DNA of 64,000 bases from Psammoneis japonica (taxonomy: Eukaryota). Below, in pieces: positions 24,518 to 38,300 of this stretch. The DNA is taken from positions 1 through 64,000 of the forward strand of contig QPGO01000014.1 in assembly GCA_008632985.1 (NCBI GenBank). The letters are read 5' to 3'. The number at the start of each line of letters is the position of its first letter. The first letter of the stretch is position 1. A program made the position numbers and the translations under genes. The notes under the pieces are model-generated. The model ran no database searches. It saw only the letters and a list, made by a program, of their open reading frames with translations, and was not told the origin of the DNA.

Positions 24518-26353
24518 TTAGATGAGAGGGGCTTTTTTGCTTGAGTCGCTATCGTTGCTGCTGCCAGACCTTCCGAGGACAATGCCAGAGCCCTGCCTCG
24601 TGATATTGGACGGGTCAGAGTACTTTCCTCTGCGAGGCCTCCAAGGCAAGTTCTTGTTGGTGAGCTGAGCGTGAAGGATACACGCCGTGACCCACAATGC
24701 CAAGCTACCAATTCCAAAGAAGACAAGGGCAGCAACGCGGCCGGGAGATACTTTTGACGCCTGTTCCTTGACATAAGAGAACTCATCAATGTAAGCTTGT
24801 TTGTTGTTCCAATCAGAAATGTGAAATGGGTGATTCCAACCGACAACAATCTCGCCCTTTTCGTTGTAAGTTCCTTCCTTCAAGGTCGTCATGTAGTTAC
24901 AGACTCGCTCTTCGTTGGCCTTTTGATTGGCGGTCTGTGCAATGAACAAGAACGAGAGATGCAAATCATTGAGGTGTAAGTCGGGGGAAAAACCGTAATG
25001 TAGAACGTGGTTTACAGATAATCACTCACCTGATATCCAGCGTATCGATATTGACTGGTGTCAAAGACAAGATTCTGTTGACATTTTGCACTCTGCTCAT
25101 AGAGCTCGCGGCAAATCTCCAAAACTTCGGGCTCGTTGTAACCGTTGTTCTGGTTGTTGTTGTTATTATTGTTGTTGTTTTCGTCTTGTTCTTCGTCCCA
25201 GCCATACCAGAATTGCTTTGCATAAAACAGAAGAAGGGATAAAGGTGAGCCTTAATTCTTTAAAAAGAAAGCAACTAAACAAAACACAAAGCAAACGGTA
25301 GACAATCAAAGACGACAAACGTACCCCTTCTTCGTTGTCAAGACAGGAGACACACTCGTTTTTGTTGTAAGAGATAGAGTTGGTCGCGTCGAACTGCACT
25401 CCAGTGAGCTCCTGAAGGGACACTTTGTCTCCAACATAGTTGGAGCAATATTGATCAGAGAAGACTCCAATGGTGATTTCAGAACCACCGTTGCAATAGG
25501 GTGCCATGTAGTACACTGGGCCATAGTCGTCATCGCCATAGTCAATTTCTGCACATTCCATGAAATCACCCATGTCCACGGCTTGATTGTGGTACCACTT
25601 GACGCACTCATCGTAGTAATCTTGACATTCATCAATGTGATCGCAGGCCGGTTCTTCCTCCTCTTCGGCGTCGGCCTCCGCTTCGTCTTCTGCTTCGTAA
25701 TCTTGGGCATCTTCGTCCAGCTTGCGCTCGCCGTCATCGCCATACTCGTCACCATAGTCATTTCCATCTTCGGCATCTTGATCTGCAGCTGCGGCTTGTT
25801 GATCTTCAACAGCCTGCATACAGTAGGCGCAGTATCCGCAAATGTCATCCATACGTTCTTCGTTGAACTTGGTGACTACCTCGAGGTATTCGCCCAACTC
25901 TAACATGTACTCTCCGTAGTCAGAATTGCATCCGTTGGAGGAGTACTTGTTACAGGAATCACTAGGACAAAGGCGAAACATTGCAAAACGCTTCGTCTCT
26001 AGAACGGTAGAGCCTGCTTGATCATCGGCGACCTCGTCGGAGTATGTCTCAACTGCGGCGCACCCGGTGTACTTGAGGGAGTAAGAAGACGCGTCAAAGC
26101 CAAACTCATCCTCATCGTAGTCAAGCTTACGAGGAATGGCACCATTCTGAGTAGCCTTAGCAGCCAAGGCCTTGTAGAACTGAGCCTTATTTTGCTTTTC
26201 TGTATCACGCAGATTCCTCTTTGAATTCTTCTTGGGCTCCATGGCTCTCCAGAAATCAGCGGTGGTACTTGACATCTTGGCAGACGCAGCACTGCTGCCG
26301 ACCAGAAGCAACGCCAATAACGAACTCTTGAAACGGAGCGTAGGAGACAACAT
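24518..26353 (-). CDS. Silicanin-1-like membrane protein A (exons 26353-25325, 25215-25030, 24934-24518)
   Basis: Signal peptide, RxL motifs (RNL, RKL), YSLKYTGC, FAMFRLCPSDSC..GC..DYGEY, acidic/Asn-rich Cys-containing lumenal part, single C-terminal TM helix and basic tail; all three exons splice in frame. Confidence 0.85.
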
Positions 26354-26363
26354 TGTTGGTGTT

Positions 26364-26954
26364 TCGTCCTGGCAAGCACTGAAGTTGAGCCAGAGAAAGT
26401 GAGACTTCTGTCGTCGACAAACAAAAAGATTTCCAGATTTGTGGGCGATCCCCGGTCAGCGATTTCACCGATTTTGAATTCGCCCGTTGCTGTCACACTG
26501 ACCCAAAGACAGCTAAATTTGTTTAAATTTTTCGAATTAGAGAAGATTTCTTCCAATGTAATGTTCGGATGAGAAGGTGTATATGAATGATAACAGCTGA
26601 TACTCAAGAGTGTCACATAATGAAACATATATACAGTTTGTATCGCTTATTCAAAGATNTCGTCCTGGCAAGCACTGAAGTTGAGCCAGAGAAAGTGAGA
26701 CTTTTGTCGTCGACAAACAAAAAGATTTCCAGATTTGTGGGCGATCCCCGGTCAGCGATTTCACCGATTTTGAATTCGCCCGTTGCTGTCACACTGACCC
26801 AAAGACAGCTAAATTTGTTTAAATTTTTCGAATTAGAGAAGATTTCTTCCAATGTAATGTTCGGATGAGAAGGTGTATATGAATGATAACAGCTTATACT
26901 CAAGAGTGTCACATAATGAAACATATATACAGTTTGTATCGCTTATTCAAAGAT
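26364..26954. repeat. 295-bp direct duplication separated by a single N (probable assembly join)
   Basis: 26364-26658 and 26660-26954 are identical except for two substitutions; N at 26659. Confidence 0.9.
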
Positions 26955-27461
26955 AACCTTAATGGCTATACATTAAAAATTACTTTCTGACGCTTGCATT
27001 GGCCAAATGAGCCCTCGCCAAAAATTTATATGATATATATACAATATTCTTGTCTGTCTATTTGGATATGCTACAGTACGATCGTTTTTTGGAGGTTCGC
27101 CTCCTCACATTTTCACGGCCTTGCCCTTTCTTCTTCTTCTTTTTTAGGGAGTTCTCTGAAGTCTGAAGTTGATCCCGTGCGTCGGTCGAAGCATGGCCGA
27201 AGGTCGAAATGTGGCGAATGAAAAACGCAGGCGTCCGAAGCAAAAAAAAACAATTTGCTAGAGAAACACTTAGGTTAAACCGCGGAGAACTGTCGGAGCA
27301 CTGTTTGTCGCGCCCTGCCGCGGCGCTATTTGAGAGGTACGGGGTACGGGTAGGGACCATATCATATCTGGAAAATACCATGCAGATCAAATGAGAGCAA
27401 CTTATTTTCTAAAATACTGTAATTGCAATGTATACTTTGTACGATGCATCATAATGGAAGC

Positions 27462-29038
27462 TCACGCCCATATGCTGTCATCGTAACCTTTTCTCCGTGA
27501 ACGCGTATCTGATGGTTTGTTCCGACCAACAGTCCGATGTCGCGATGCTGTGTTTTGTCTTGTTGGTCCCGTTATTTTCCGGTGTAGGTAACAAGAATAC
27601 ACCATCAGAATCACAAACAACAGTATACTAAATGCGAGCAAAACACCTTGAAAGACAGTCACCTCCTCTTTCAGTTTTTGGTACTCGAGTGCGTTTTTCC
27701 AGTTGCTGGTTTCAGAGCTATCACTTCCGAGGACGATTTCACCGTACTCATCGTAGGTCTTGAGAACAAGACTCTTTATAAACTCACACACCATTTCTTC
27801 ATTCTCTGCTTGTTGGGAAGACTAGTCAACAGAAAACAAAACAAAGAAATAACAACATGAGTTTCTCTGAATCTTGGGTACAGCAATGTTGCGAAAGACG
27901 TACATCGATTGTATTTGCATCAGCAAGGTGGACGTTGCACTTGGCAGCTGATGTATATAGATAGTAGCAGAGATCGTAGACATCGTCGCCTCCCTGAACC
28001 TGATCGTCGTCTCCAAACAGGTCGTATTCATTCTTTATTCATTAAAAGCAAATAGTACCGGTAAGATAGGCGGGTTTAGCAGGGTTTCAGCTCGGCATCA
28101 AATAATGGATCTGTACTCCTGTATTCATAAACTCAGAAAGACTTCACACTTACCTTTCCCAAACAAGAGATACAGGACGGTGAAGAAAAGAAATCAGAAA
28201 AGCCGTCGTTCAAGTCCAAGCCGGTGAATGCTTCAACATCCGAGTTGTTGCCAACGTAGTTCGAGCAGTATTCGTCGCTATACATTCCTATTGTTATTGT
28301 AACACCATCTGAATTGCAATGAGGTCCAAGATAGGCAATGTCATCATTGTTCTTGAATTGAGAGCATTCAAAATAATCCTCATGGTCGGCATATTGCAAG
28401 CTCTCGTAGTATTGACAAGCAAATTGGTAGTTTTTGCACGCTTCATAGTATTGGCATTGTGGCACAAAAGCATCATCATCGTTTGCTGCATTGTCATCGT
28501 CTCCATAATCATCATCGTCGCCATACGCCATGCAGTCTGAGCACGTTTGACAGTACTGTAGAAATTTGTCAAAATGGTAGTCACCCATAATTTGCAAATA
28601 ATCTTCCATCGAAATTACGTACTCGCCGTAACTGTCTTGACACCCGAATTGAGCGTAGGTTCCACAATAGTCTGCGGGACAAAGCCGGAAAATCACGAAT
28701 TGGTCCAGAGCAAACACGGTTCCCGAATCCGCATCCTCCGCCACATCATCACTCCACGTGTTGACTGCCGAGCAACCGACATATTTCAGAGCATATTGAG
28801 TAAGATCCAACTCGAGCCCATCGTCGTTGCCAAGGTTGCGAGTTGCAGGTTGGCGAACGGTAGCGCGAGAAAGCATGCGTTTGGTCAGCTCTTTCTGCGA
28901 ATTTTCATTACGAACAGCCGCATCCATCGCTTTTATAAATTCAACGCTTTCCTTGGAACCGATGGATGATTTGTCCATATTGGCGGATGATGTTGTCATG
29001 ATCAGCAACGCCGCACCAATGCGAAGAAGCGGTCTCAT
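27462..29038 (-). CDS. Silicanin-1-like membrane protein B (exons 29038-28154, 28032-27904, 27821-27462)
   Basis: Signal peptide, RNL, YALKYVGC, FVIFRLCPADYC..GC..SYGEY, YLGPHC, C-terminal TM helix followed by YLHRKIT; same intron layout as gene A. Confidence 0.85.
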
Positions 29039-29349
29039 CTTCTCTGTTGCTGTGGTCGAGCCGGTGGTGTTTGGGCAATTGGCACCATGTGGGAGATGAG
29101 AAAAACGGGTTGGTCGTGATTCTTGCCTGTTTTCTGCGGCGATAACGTTCGAAGGAAAACGTATACAGTGACTCATACATTATTATAAGTGAACTCACCT
29201 ATTATACTATCGTATGTAGAAGCACTACTGAAACGGCGTGGCTTACGTCATTATTTATCATTTCTAGCCCTTTATTATAAAGTGATACCGTTAACCGTTA
29301 TTGGCGAAGAATAAGCTTCATGATTGGATACACATATTTTGCGAACAGG

Positions 29350-32300
29350 ATTGTGAAACAAACGAAAATGTGAAAATGTGAACAAGAACAAAACAAGTGG
29401 GTTTAGACTCTTGTTTCGGGAGCAGTGCCATGCACGCCAGTCTAACTGGTGTGGTATCCCACCACAACCTGTGTGCAACCATTCCAAAAGAGACAAGCAC
29501 AGTTTGTGTCTGTGCAATGCACTGCCATGCCGGTTGAGACAGCACTGGTGTGTGCATGAGCGAGGGGGCAAAATGGGGGCAGATCGCTGCTTGTTGCTCA
29601 TCATTGTGTTCTTGTTTTGGTGGAATCTTCTACTCAGATTGTGCACTGGTTTTTGCAGCATTTTGCAATGAGCAAGAGAATGTTCATAAATTGAAATGGT
29701 TCAAAGAAAATGTGGTTTTTTCTGCCCACCACCTGCCGCCGCGTGTGGACACACGACACACCGACATGGGCACACACATGCAACATCAGCATGCCCAAGA
29801 CAGCAGATGCAGTGGTCACCAGCGAACTGGAAACAACCTGTGTGCACATGTGTGGGCAAAATGGATGCTCTTTCTGTGGCTTTTGTCAAGCCAACAAAAG
29901 AGCATAAAATGTTTTTTTGGGGGGTGCAGCGGTCACCTGCGAACTGGAAGCACACTGTGTGCACATGTGTTGCAAAAAGGATGCTCTTTCTGTGGCTTTT
30001 GTCAAGCAAACAACAGAGCATGAAATGTTTCTTTGGGGCACAGTGCTTGAACACCACCCCCCAGAGAGAGGCGTGTGCCATGAGCAGCTTTTCTGCAATC
30101 AGCAACGCGCATCAGGTCCAACAAGCACAATCTCTTGGTGGTGGGTGGCAACAGAGGGAAGCTTCTGCAACACAACAAGGGCAAGTGTGTGGCTGTGTCT
30201 TGTTTGATGCCAGCACATCAGCAGCAGCCACCATTGTGCAAGGTGCACCAGCACTTTGCACCTCATGACTTCTTGCCACACATCTCACGCAGTTGATTTG
30301 TGGGATGCTGCTGCAGCACATGCAAGAAGGGCAGCAGAAGAAAGAATGACTTTGGCAAAGCTGTGCTCCAAAACATTTTAAGGAAGAAAGGTTTGGCAAA
30401 AAAGTGGTGATGACAAATTGAAGGTCAAACACTCCAAAGCAGCTTTGTTGCTTTTCAACATCAACAAGAACTCCAGCTCAACTCCACACCCACTGATGCA
30501 CTTTGTTTGTGGCATGTTGCAGAACATGCAAGGAGGAGATCAGCAGAATGATGAATCAGCCAAGCAAAACGTTGCTCCAAAACACTTTGAGGAAGAGCAG
30601 ATCAGCACAAAGCAGCCAATGTTCCATGTGGCTTCATTTTTTTATGTCGACAGCTCCAGCGCAACTCTGCTCATCATTGACTTCCAGTCAATGGCCCAAC
30701 ACTCAGTCTAAAACCACCTGCACTCAGCAGCACAGATCCTGCTGCCTCAAGATCTAAATTCAGCAATGGATTTGAAAAGCAGTTGCAAAGATTGCTGTTG
30801 ACAACAACATCTGCAACACTGTTTCTGAGTGTTGGCACCTTTGGCTGAGAAACATTTTCATTGTGCGAGTTGTCTTTTCACTTGTTGCTTTACATGTGCA
30901 AACTTCTTCATTCACAAACAAAAAGTGCTGCTCCTCCACAAGCTCATCTTGGTGTGCTGGGTCTGCACTGCATGGTGTGCGCAGCTTTGCACACCCACCA
31001 CATGGTCTTCCTTTGCTTGGGTGCATGACCTTGTGACACGCAGGTTCAATTTTGTGCAGTCATGCCAAGCAGAGTGCACCTGCTCAGCAAAATGTCTGTG
31101 CAAGCTGCACAGTGCACATTTTTGTGCCTTCCAACCTTTGCCTCTGACAGGTTGCATCACAGAACACATGTTGGCATTTGCTGCCACTTGTCAGCACAGT
31201 TGCACGTGCTGCAGTCTGCCCTTGGTTTGTTTCTGGCAAGCACAGCAACGCCAGACAAGTGAACACGACACAGCCATGGTGCTGCACTCCATCATCTTCT
31301 TGAAACTCTAGAGCAGTGCAGACATTGTGCCAACAACCCAAGAATCCTCAGACAGCACCACTTGTCACAAGCACAGACTCACTCACCAGCTTTGGAGAGG
31401 CAAAAAAGAAAAATGCTCATGGTTGCAAAAGGTCAGTGAGTGATTGCCTGTTTTGCAGCTGTTGTGAAAGAAAATGTGAGCCAAGGGTTTGGCTCAAAAA
31501 AGTGCACTCATCAAAGTTGCCAAAACCAAACATTTTTCAGTGCTTGAAACTGCCCCTGGTGTCCCAAAACAAGTGGGCAGATGGAAACTGGGGGGGGGGT
31601 GCTGGTGGGTGAACATCATTGGCACCCAGCCATTTGAAATTTGTGGTCAGATGTGAACTCTTCAAAGTCACAGAGCTTGGCCAAAGACAGGCAAGCATGA
31701 AAATGACAGCAGGAACCAGCATTTGAACAACCATGCTGCCTCAAGTTGTCCCCCAACCTCTTGTTGAACAAGTTGACAGATTGGGCATCACTGCTTGGCA
31801 AGTCTTGGGGCACAATTGCACAAACATTAAAATTCTTGGCTCATGCCAAAACAAAAACATCCAAAAAATTTTGAAGAACAAAAGTGACAAACAAACAACA
31901 AGTTTAGGATCATGTTTCTAGAGCAGTGCCGCACCAGCCCAACTGGTGCTGTGTCCCATCACAACCTGTGTGCAGCCACTCCAGAAGAGACAAGCATTGT
32001 TTTTTGTCCCTGAGCACTGTCGTGATGGTCAAGAAAAGTGCTGCACAGTGTGAAGCATGCAAAGTGAAACACATGGCTCACCATGATGGTCATTGTTTGT
32101 CATGAGGGTCTTTGTTTTGGTTGGATCTTCCTCTCCTCAGACTGTGCATTGGTTTTTGGCACTTTAAATGAACACAAGAGAAGGCCTGCAAAATTGCAAC
32201 AATGTCCAAGCAAGAAGAGGTGGCTTTGTCTGCTCCCACCCATGAAAACACACAAAATGTTCATGTGCCTGAGACAGCTGGTGCAACTGCCAATGGCAAA

Positions 32301-35300
32301 CTGGTGGCACACTGTGAGTGTGTGCACAGGCACAAGGGATGTTCCTGTGACTTTTGTCAAGCCAACAACAAAGCTGCAAAGCCCTGGCAATGTGCTTGAA
32401 GAAGTGCAAAGGGTGTCATTTCCAGAGGGCATGTGATGTGGTGTGGAAAAGGTGAGAGCAACAAAGCCTTCAGCCAAAACAGAGTCTTGGCAAAAGCCTT
32501 GCAACAACTTTGTTTGGCAGTTGTGGCTGGCTGTGTCAGAAATGCAGTGATTTGGCATGCTCTTTCACTTGATGCCTCTTGTTTTTTCCCAACAATTGTG
32601 CTCTCCTTTCCTGACAATTGTGCAAACCAAACAAATGTTGTGGTTGACTTGTTTTGCAATTTTGACTGCTTGTTGTGTTGTTTTTCTGATGTTTTAAAGC
32701 TGAAGAACTTGGTTTTAATCCTCCTCCCCACTTGCTGCATGTGTGCACACTCCTGCTCCCACTGGTCCTTCCCTGGCCAACTTGCTGCCACACATCAATT
32801 CAACATGTCTTGCATTGTTTCACACTCCCCCCCCCCCAGAATTGTGCACCACCCCAGCCTGTGGCATTTTTGGTGCTCCTGTTGTGTGAATGAATCTCCA
32901 CTCACTTCATGATGGCACACCCTCTCCTCAAACACAGAAAATTGAAGAGTGTGCACCACTGTGTTTCGCGTGTCTCCCACTTGCTGTTTCTAATCAACAA
33001 CAGACTGTGGGGCAGTGGCTGACATCTTGTGTGCCTCTTTGTCCAACAAGGTCAACCCCAACCCCTTGTTGTGCTTGACAACAAGAGCATTGATTTTGAT
33101 GACACAGAAAACCCCACCATGGAGTTGTTTGGGCCAAAACTGAGCAAGATTGCAGCTGGAATGCACACCTCCAAAAAGCAGTTCATGGAGCAAACAGATT
33201 GGGCACCCTCTCTCTAGAATTCCTCATGCTTCCTTTCCTTTGCCACAAGCCCAAGCTTCGCTGCATTCCATGAGTTGCCAAAGTCATTCACACCAACAGC
33301 ATTGTGAGGAAATCTCTCTGCCATCCTGACATGTGGTCCTGCATCATGACCCATGTTTGGGGAATGAAGAAATCTCAGAGCGTGAAAGGCAAACATGTTC
33401 TTTGCTGTCAACAGACAGAGGAAGCTCTCAAGCACTCTTCAGCACCAGGCAAAATGAGGAAGCAGAAGGAGCATCATTGTGATCTCTGCTGCAATGAGCG
33501 ATGTCAATTTGATGGTGGAGTTTGTGTGCCAGATTGTCGCTGGTGATGACCTCAATGATCTGGTCACTGGCAAGTCTTGTTTTCATCATTTAAAATGCTC
33601 CAGTCTCCTCACCTTGATTGATGACTGAGCACATGACCTTTGCACTGGTGTTTGATTTGTTGCTGGGGCAATTGTCAAGCATCACATCCATTGCAAGAAG
33701 CAGAAAGACACAAGCTGTTGGTTCTTGCAGCTTTTTTGGAGGGTTGCCACCCAGGTGGAGTGGCACACATTTGCTGTCCCCAATGGCTTTTTTGTCATTT
33801 GTGATTTGAGCAAAGTTGGAGCAGAGGCTGATGTTGTGAAGGCATTGATCACTGACCACTTGCACATCACAAAGGATCAGGCAGGTGATGAAGGGTGGCA
33901 ACACAAAATCCCATTGAGACATTGAGAGTCACGCAAAGCAAAAGAAAATTTGATGTTGCAGCAAGAATTTGGCAAACAGCATTGTCCCAAAGAGCAGCCC
34001 AGCATCCATCCCAGGGTGCAGCAAGCACCTTGCAGTGCTTGTTGTTGCAGAGCAGTGTGCAGTCAAAAGGCTGGCAACTTGGAAGATGAACAAAAAATGA
34101 GAGTGCAGGTCAAGAACAAATGAAGAGTTGGAAGGCAGTGTGCAGACAATGGCACCTGTTTGTGTTGCAAATGCCTTCTTTGAATGTCCCTTGGAAGGAG
34201 GCCAAGACATTGTTTGGCTCTGAGCCAGGGCCTCCCACAACAGTTGGCAACATTTCATTGGCAAGGGAGGCATGCCGCACCCTTGCCTTCAACATTCCCA
34301 CTTTGTCAGATTTGCTCATCAGGGCTCAAACTTGTGTGTCCTCAAATTGTGCCCCTTGCTGCCAGACAAATTGTGCCCCTTGCTGCCAGACTTCTTCTGT
34401 GAAGGGCCTGGCTCTTGATTCCCCAACTCAGAGCCCTGATGACATGTTGTGGCTGGATGCACCAAAATTCTGTCAATGCTTTGACCCATCTAAATGTCAC
34501 CCTGCTGCCACCTGTGACAAAGTTGCTGCTCATTTCTGCACCTGCACATCATCAGCAGCCAACTTCTTCCCGGCCAACAACTTGGAACAAGCTGGCATGA
34601 GTTTGCCAACAAAGCTCTGACTGGAAATCCTTCAAAGGCACCCCATGTCCAAGTGGATTGCCCTCATGCTCCAGATCATCACTCAGATGTGCTGTTCATG
34701 GCCCAACAAGGAAATGCAGTCTGCAACACACACTTTGGTGTGGTCTCTGTGTTTGTGTGCTGACTGATGTTGCTTCTTTTCACTTTTTGTTGAAGTGCAA
34801 GTCCAATCTGAAGCATGAGGACAGAGCCGATGCTGTGGCACCTGGGTCAAAAAGGAGAATTGGGTTTTTGGGTTCACCAGACAGAAGTGTCAGCAGCAAA
34901 AGGAGCCAGGCTCCACCAAATCTACAAAGCCCAGGTGTGTGGTTCTCTAGATGTTTTCAACTCCAACACAAACTTTGACAACAACAAGTTGGCTAAGATG
35001 AAAGCCATGGTGGCAGACATTGTGGACTCCACTCAGCTTTGCAAGCACAAGGCAGAGCTCAAGAAGATGAGCAACCTGCCATCCTTCAACTGGTCAGCAC
35101 TTTGATGCAAGGGGCAGTGAGGTGTTGGCTGATGAGTTGCACTGCCTCTGCTGCAAACACAAGGATTGCATGATGCAGGGCTTGTGCACATCTCACATTG
35201 TCAATCCTGTGTGGGTTTCCATGATGATGGCAACTGCAGCCAGCAGCAATGCAGGAAGACTGTGGTGGTTGTTTCTTTCTCACACAGACATGTCTGGTGA

Positions 35301-38300
35301 GATTTGACATTTCAAAATGTTTTGCAACAGGAGGAAGGCAACTGGCAATGGGCAGCTGCTGCAATGACTTCTTGTTTGAGATGCAACCAATGCTCACATG
35401 CATCCATTGCAGCTGAGCTCAGCTTGACTGTGCACTGCAAGACCCAGACCCAGAGCATGGCAGCTCCTGCTCCCATCTGGGTGTTGGACTCAAGCTCCCC
35501 ACAAAGACCTCCAAGCATTTCTTGCTTGTTGTCAGATGACAGTCATCTGTGAGTGTCTGGCTGCAAAAGCAAATGCAGGTGACAGCGGCAAATCTGGAGT
35601 TCCTCTGGTGACACAGATTGCCTCAAGCTCCTGGCTTGCCCAGCAAGAAGAGAGACACTCATCTCTTTGCACCAGCCACAGTCCTTCACTGCTTCAAGGG
35701 AACAGTCCACAGATCTGGGCCTGACCCAAAACATGTCATGCATCTTGCATCTCACAATTTTGGCGGGTTGTCTTGCTCTGGACACCACCATTTCTGCTGC
35801 ATTGGCAACAAGCACTTGCCCAATTTTCATGTTGTCTGCCTGTGGGCTGTGTGTGGGTCATTTGCCATGCAACAAAATGGACTCATGTGTTGTGTGACAC
35901 TGCAATGAAGTGGCACCCTCATGTTGCAGTGTGCAAATTGTGGCTGCAACCACACAAGAAACAAGACACAAAAATGAAACAAAGGCAGTGTGCATTTGGC
36001 CCACTGCACAAATGAAAACTTTTGCAGGTGACAATGACTGTGCCAGCAGCAGTTGGCCAATTTGCACATTTGCTCATGAGCAACTCATTGCAGTGTGCAG
36101 CACATCTGCAGGAAGCAAAGCACCAGTCAACTGCTTGCTCACCTCTGTTGAATTTCACCAAAAGTTTAGAGTGGCCAAATGGCTTGAATTTGTGAAATGG
36201 CAGGCTGGGTGAAACAGGGGCAGCACCAGAGCTTGCCACAAGACAAAATGTTGTGCCACCATTTTAGCTGAAGCCTGTCATGGTCAAAGAAGCAAGGAAG
36301 AAGAGAAGAACAACAGTGCATCTGCCAACCAGCAGCCAACCAGCCCCAGGGTGGTGGCAGCATTGCAACAGCAGCAGGAGGAAGTGTGCAGGGCACCAGT
36401 CTCTCAAGAGAGACATTGAAGAGGCAGCTCACAAAGATCTGTTTCCAAAAGCAAAATTCAACAGGTTCAGCCAGTGGTGGAAAGGTGTCATGGCTGGTGC
36501 ACAAGAACACAGCTGGTGGAAACTTCAGCAAGTGAAACTCCTGGACAGAAATGTGGGGAGATTGGGCAAAACAGCATGCAATGAACACCACATCAGTGCA
36601 AAAAGCAACACTGCTGCACAGTCAACAATGAAGAATGTAATGAGCAGCAAGTGACAAGGAAAACACAATCCAAAAACAGATTGAAGAAATTGCTGCTGGC
36701 CCTGCTGTCATTTTCACAAGTTGCGCCAACAGCAGAAAGAGCCAAGGAGATGCTGGGGCAAAAGCAGGGTGATTGTGACCTCTCAAAGAAAGGTGGCAAT
36801 GAAGGAAGAAGAAGTGGAAAGAAAAAGGCTGTGACTGACAGACCACCATTTGTGGCAACCTGGGAAAACTTGGCTGTGGAAGCCATTGTTGAGGAAAAAC
36901 AGAGTGACAAGGAGGCACACACATGGTTTTGTGACAATGCCCTTGAGTTTTCCAAGAGCACAATGGTTTGAAGAAAGATGGAGTTGGGAAACAGCAAGGC
37001 TGCAGAGCTGACTGCAGCAAGCAATGAGGCTCTGGGCTCTGGGGCTGTCAATCTTGGAGAACTGCAGGAGAAGATTTGGGAGCAGCACAAGATGGCAATG
37101 AAGAAGAGGGAGATTTAACAGGGAGGCAACAAAAAGGAGAACAGCAATGAAGACAAGAACAACCCCCGGAGCCTGTCTGGCTGCACCAAAAACAACACAT
37201 GGGGAGATGAAGGAACAGAGTGGCTCAACAAACTGTGCAACAAGGCAAGGAGGACAGGGCCTGTGATGTCAGCACACAGTTTGACACATGGTTTTGCAGC
37301 AACAACAAGAAGGAACAAGGCAAAAAGAAATCCAGGAGTGGGACAACCAGGAAGCAACCAGAGCAGAAAGCTGTGAAAGCACAAGCAATGCTTGAGCTGT
37401 CAAGCAACAACAAGGATGACAAGGAAGAGAAAGAACACAACAAAACAAGGAATGAAGAAGACAGCTCAAGCAAAGACAGCAAGAGGAACAAATGTCTGTC
37501 CCTGCAGGTGGTCCAGCAAAGGAGTCACAGCTCTTGGCATCAATGCCCCCAATCGCAACAACCACAGCTGGCAACCAGCACTGCAGCAAATGAGCAGTGG
37601 TTGGCAATTGAGTGTGTGTTGTTCAAAATTACAGTTGAGAGCAGAAAGAACTTGGACAACAAAGATGCTTTTGTTTGTTGTGTTTTGCAGGGACAGCTGG
37701 TGGGTGATTTCACAACAATGACACAAAGGGTGGATTTCTCACAGTGAAAGATTTTTCTCATGGGCTGCCCATGAAGGGGGTTTGGATCCCACAGCAAAAA
37801 ATTGTCATCTGTGCAGTCAACAAAAATCACATTCTGCACAACTGGCTGTGTGCCACAGGTTAAAAAGTGAGCCCACAAAAAGGATGAAATTTGCCATGAG
37901 ACAGGCTACCCAAAGCACTGCAAAATGCATGCTCTGATGTCCAAATTGGGTGCGCTGCTGCTGTTGGAGAGTTGCGCATGTGCCTTGCCTTGAGAGCTCA
38001 CTGATCACATGCTGTGTTGTTCAGCAGCACCAGTTGCTGGCCTGGGGGCTTTGTTCAGGAGCAAGCAGGCAACATGATTTTTTTCGTGAGGTGGTTTTCC
38101 ATGAGCTTGTTGGCCACTTCTAACATCAGGTGTGTTTTGATTTTGGGAACTTTTTTCACAGCATGTTTGGTGCTCATGGGCAAGAAACTACAGCTGAAGA
38201 AATGCGTTTCTGAGAGTCTGATTTTTGCAAAACATCATGCAAAAATTCTGACAAAAATGAAGCCAAGGAGCACTTGTGGGGTCATCCCCAATTGCAGGCT

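Noticed and set aside
26364..26954. 295-bp tandem duplication of the silicanin A promoter region
   Set aside because: The copies are separated by a single N and differ at two sites, typical of a contig/haplotype overlap join.
35600..36200. Possible SET-domain-like relic
   Set aside because: Only a vague resemblance after mentally reverting mutations; no diagnostic motif recovered.
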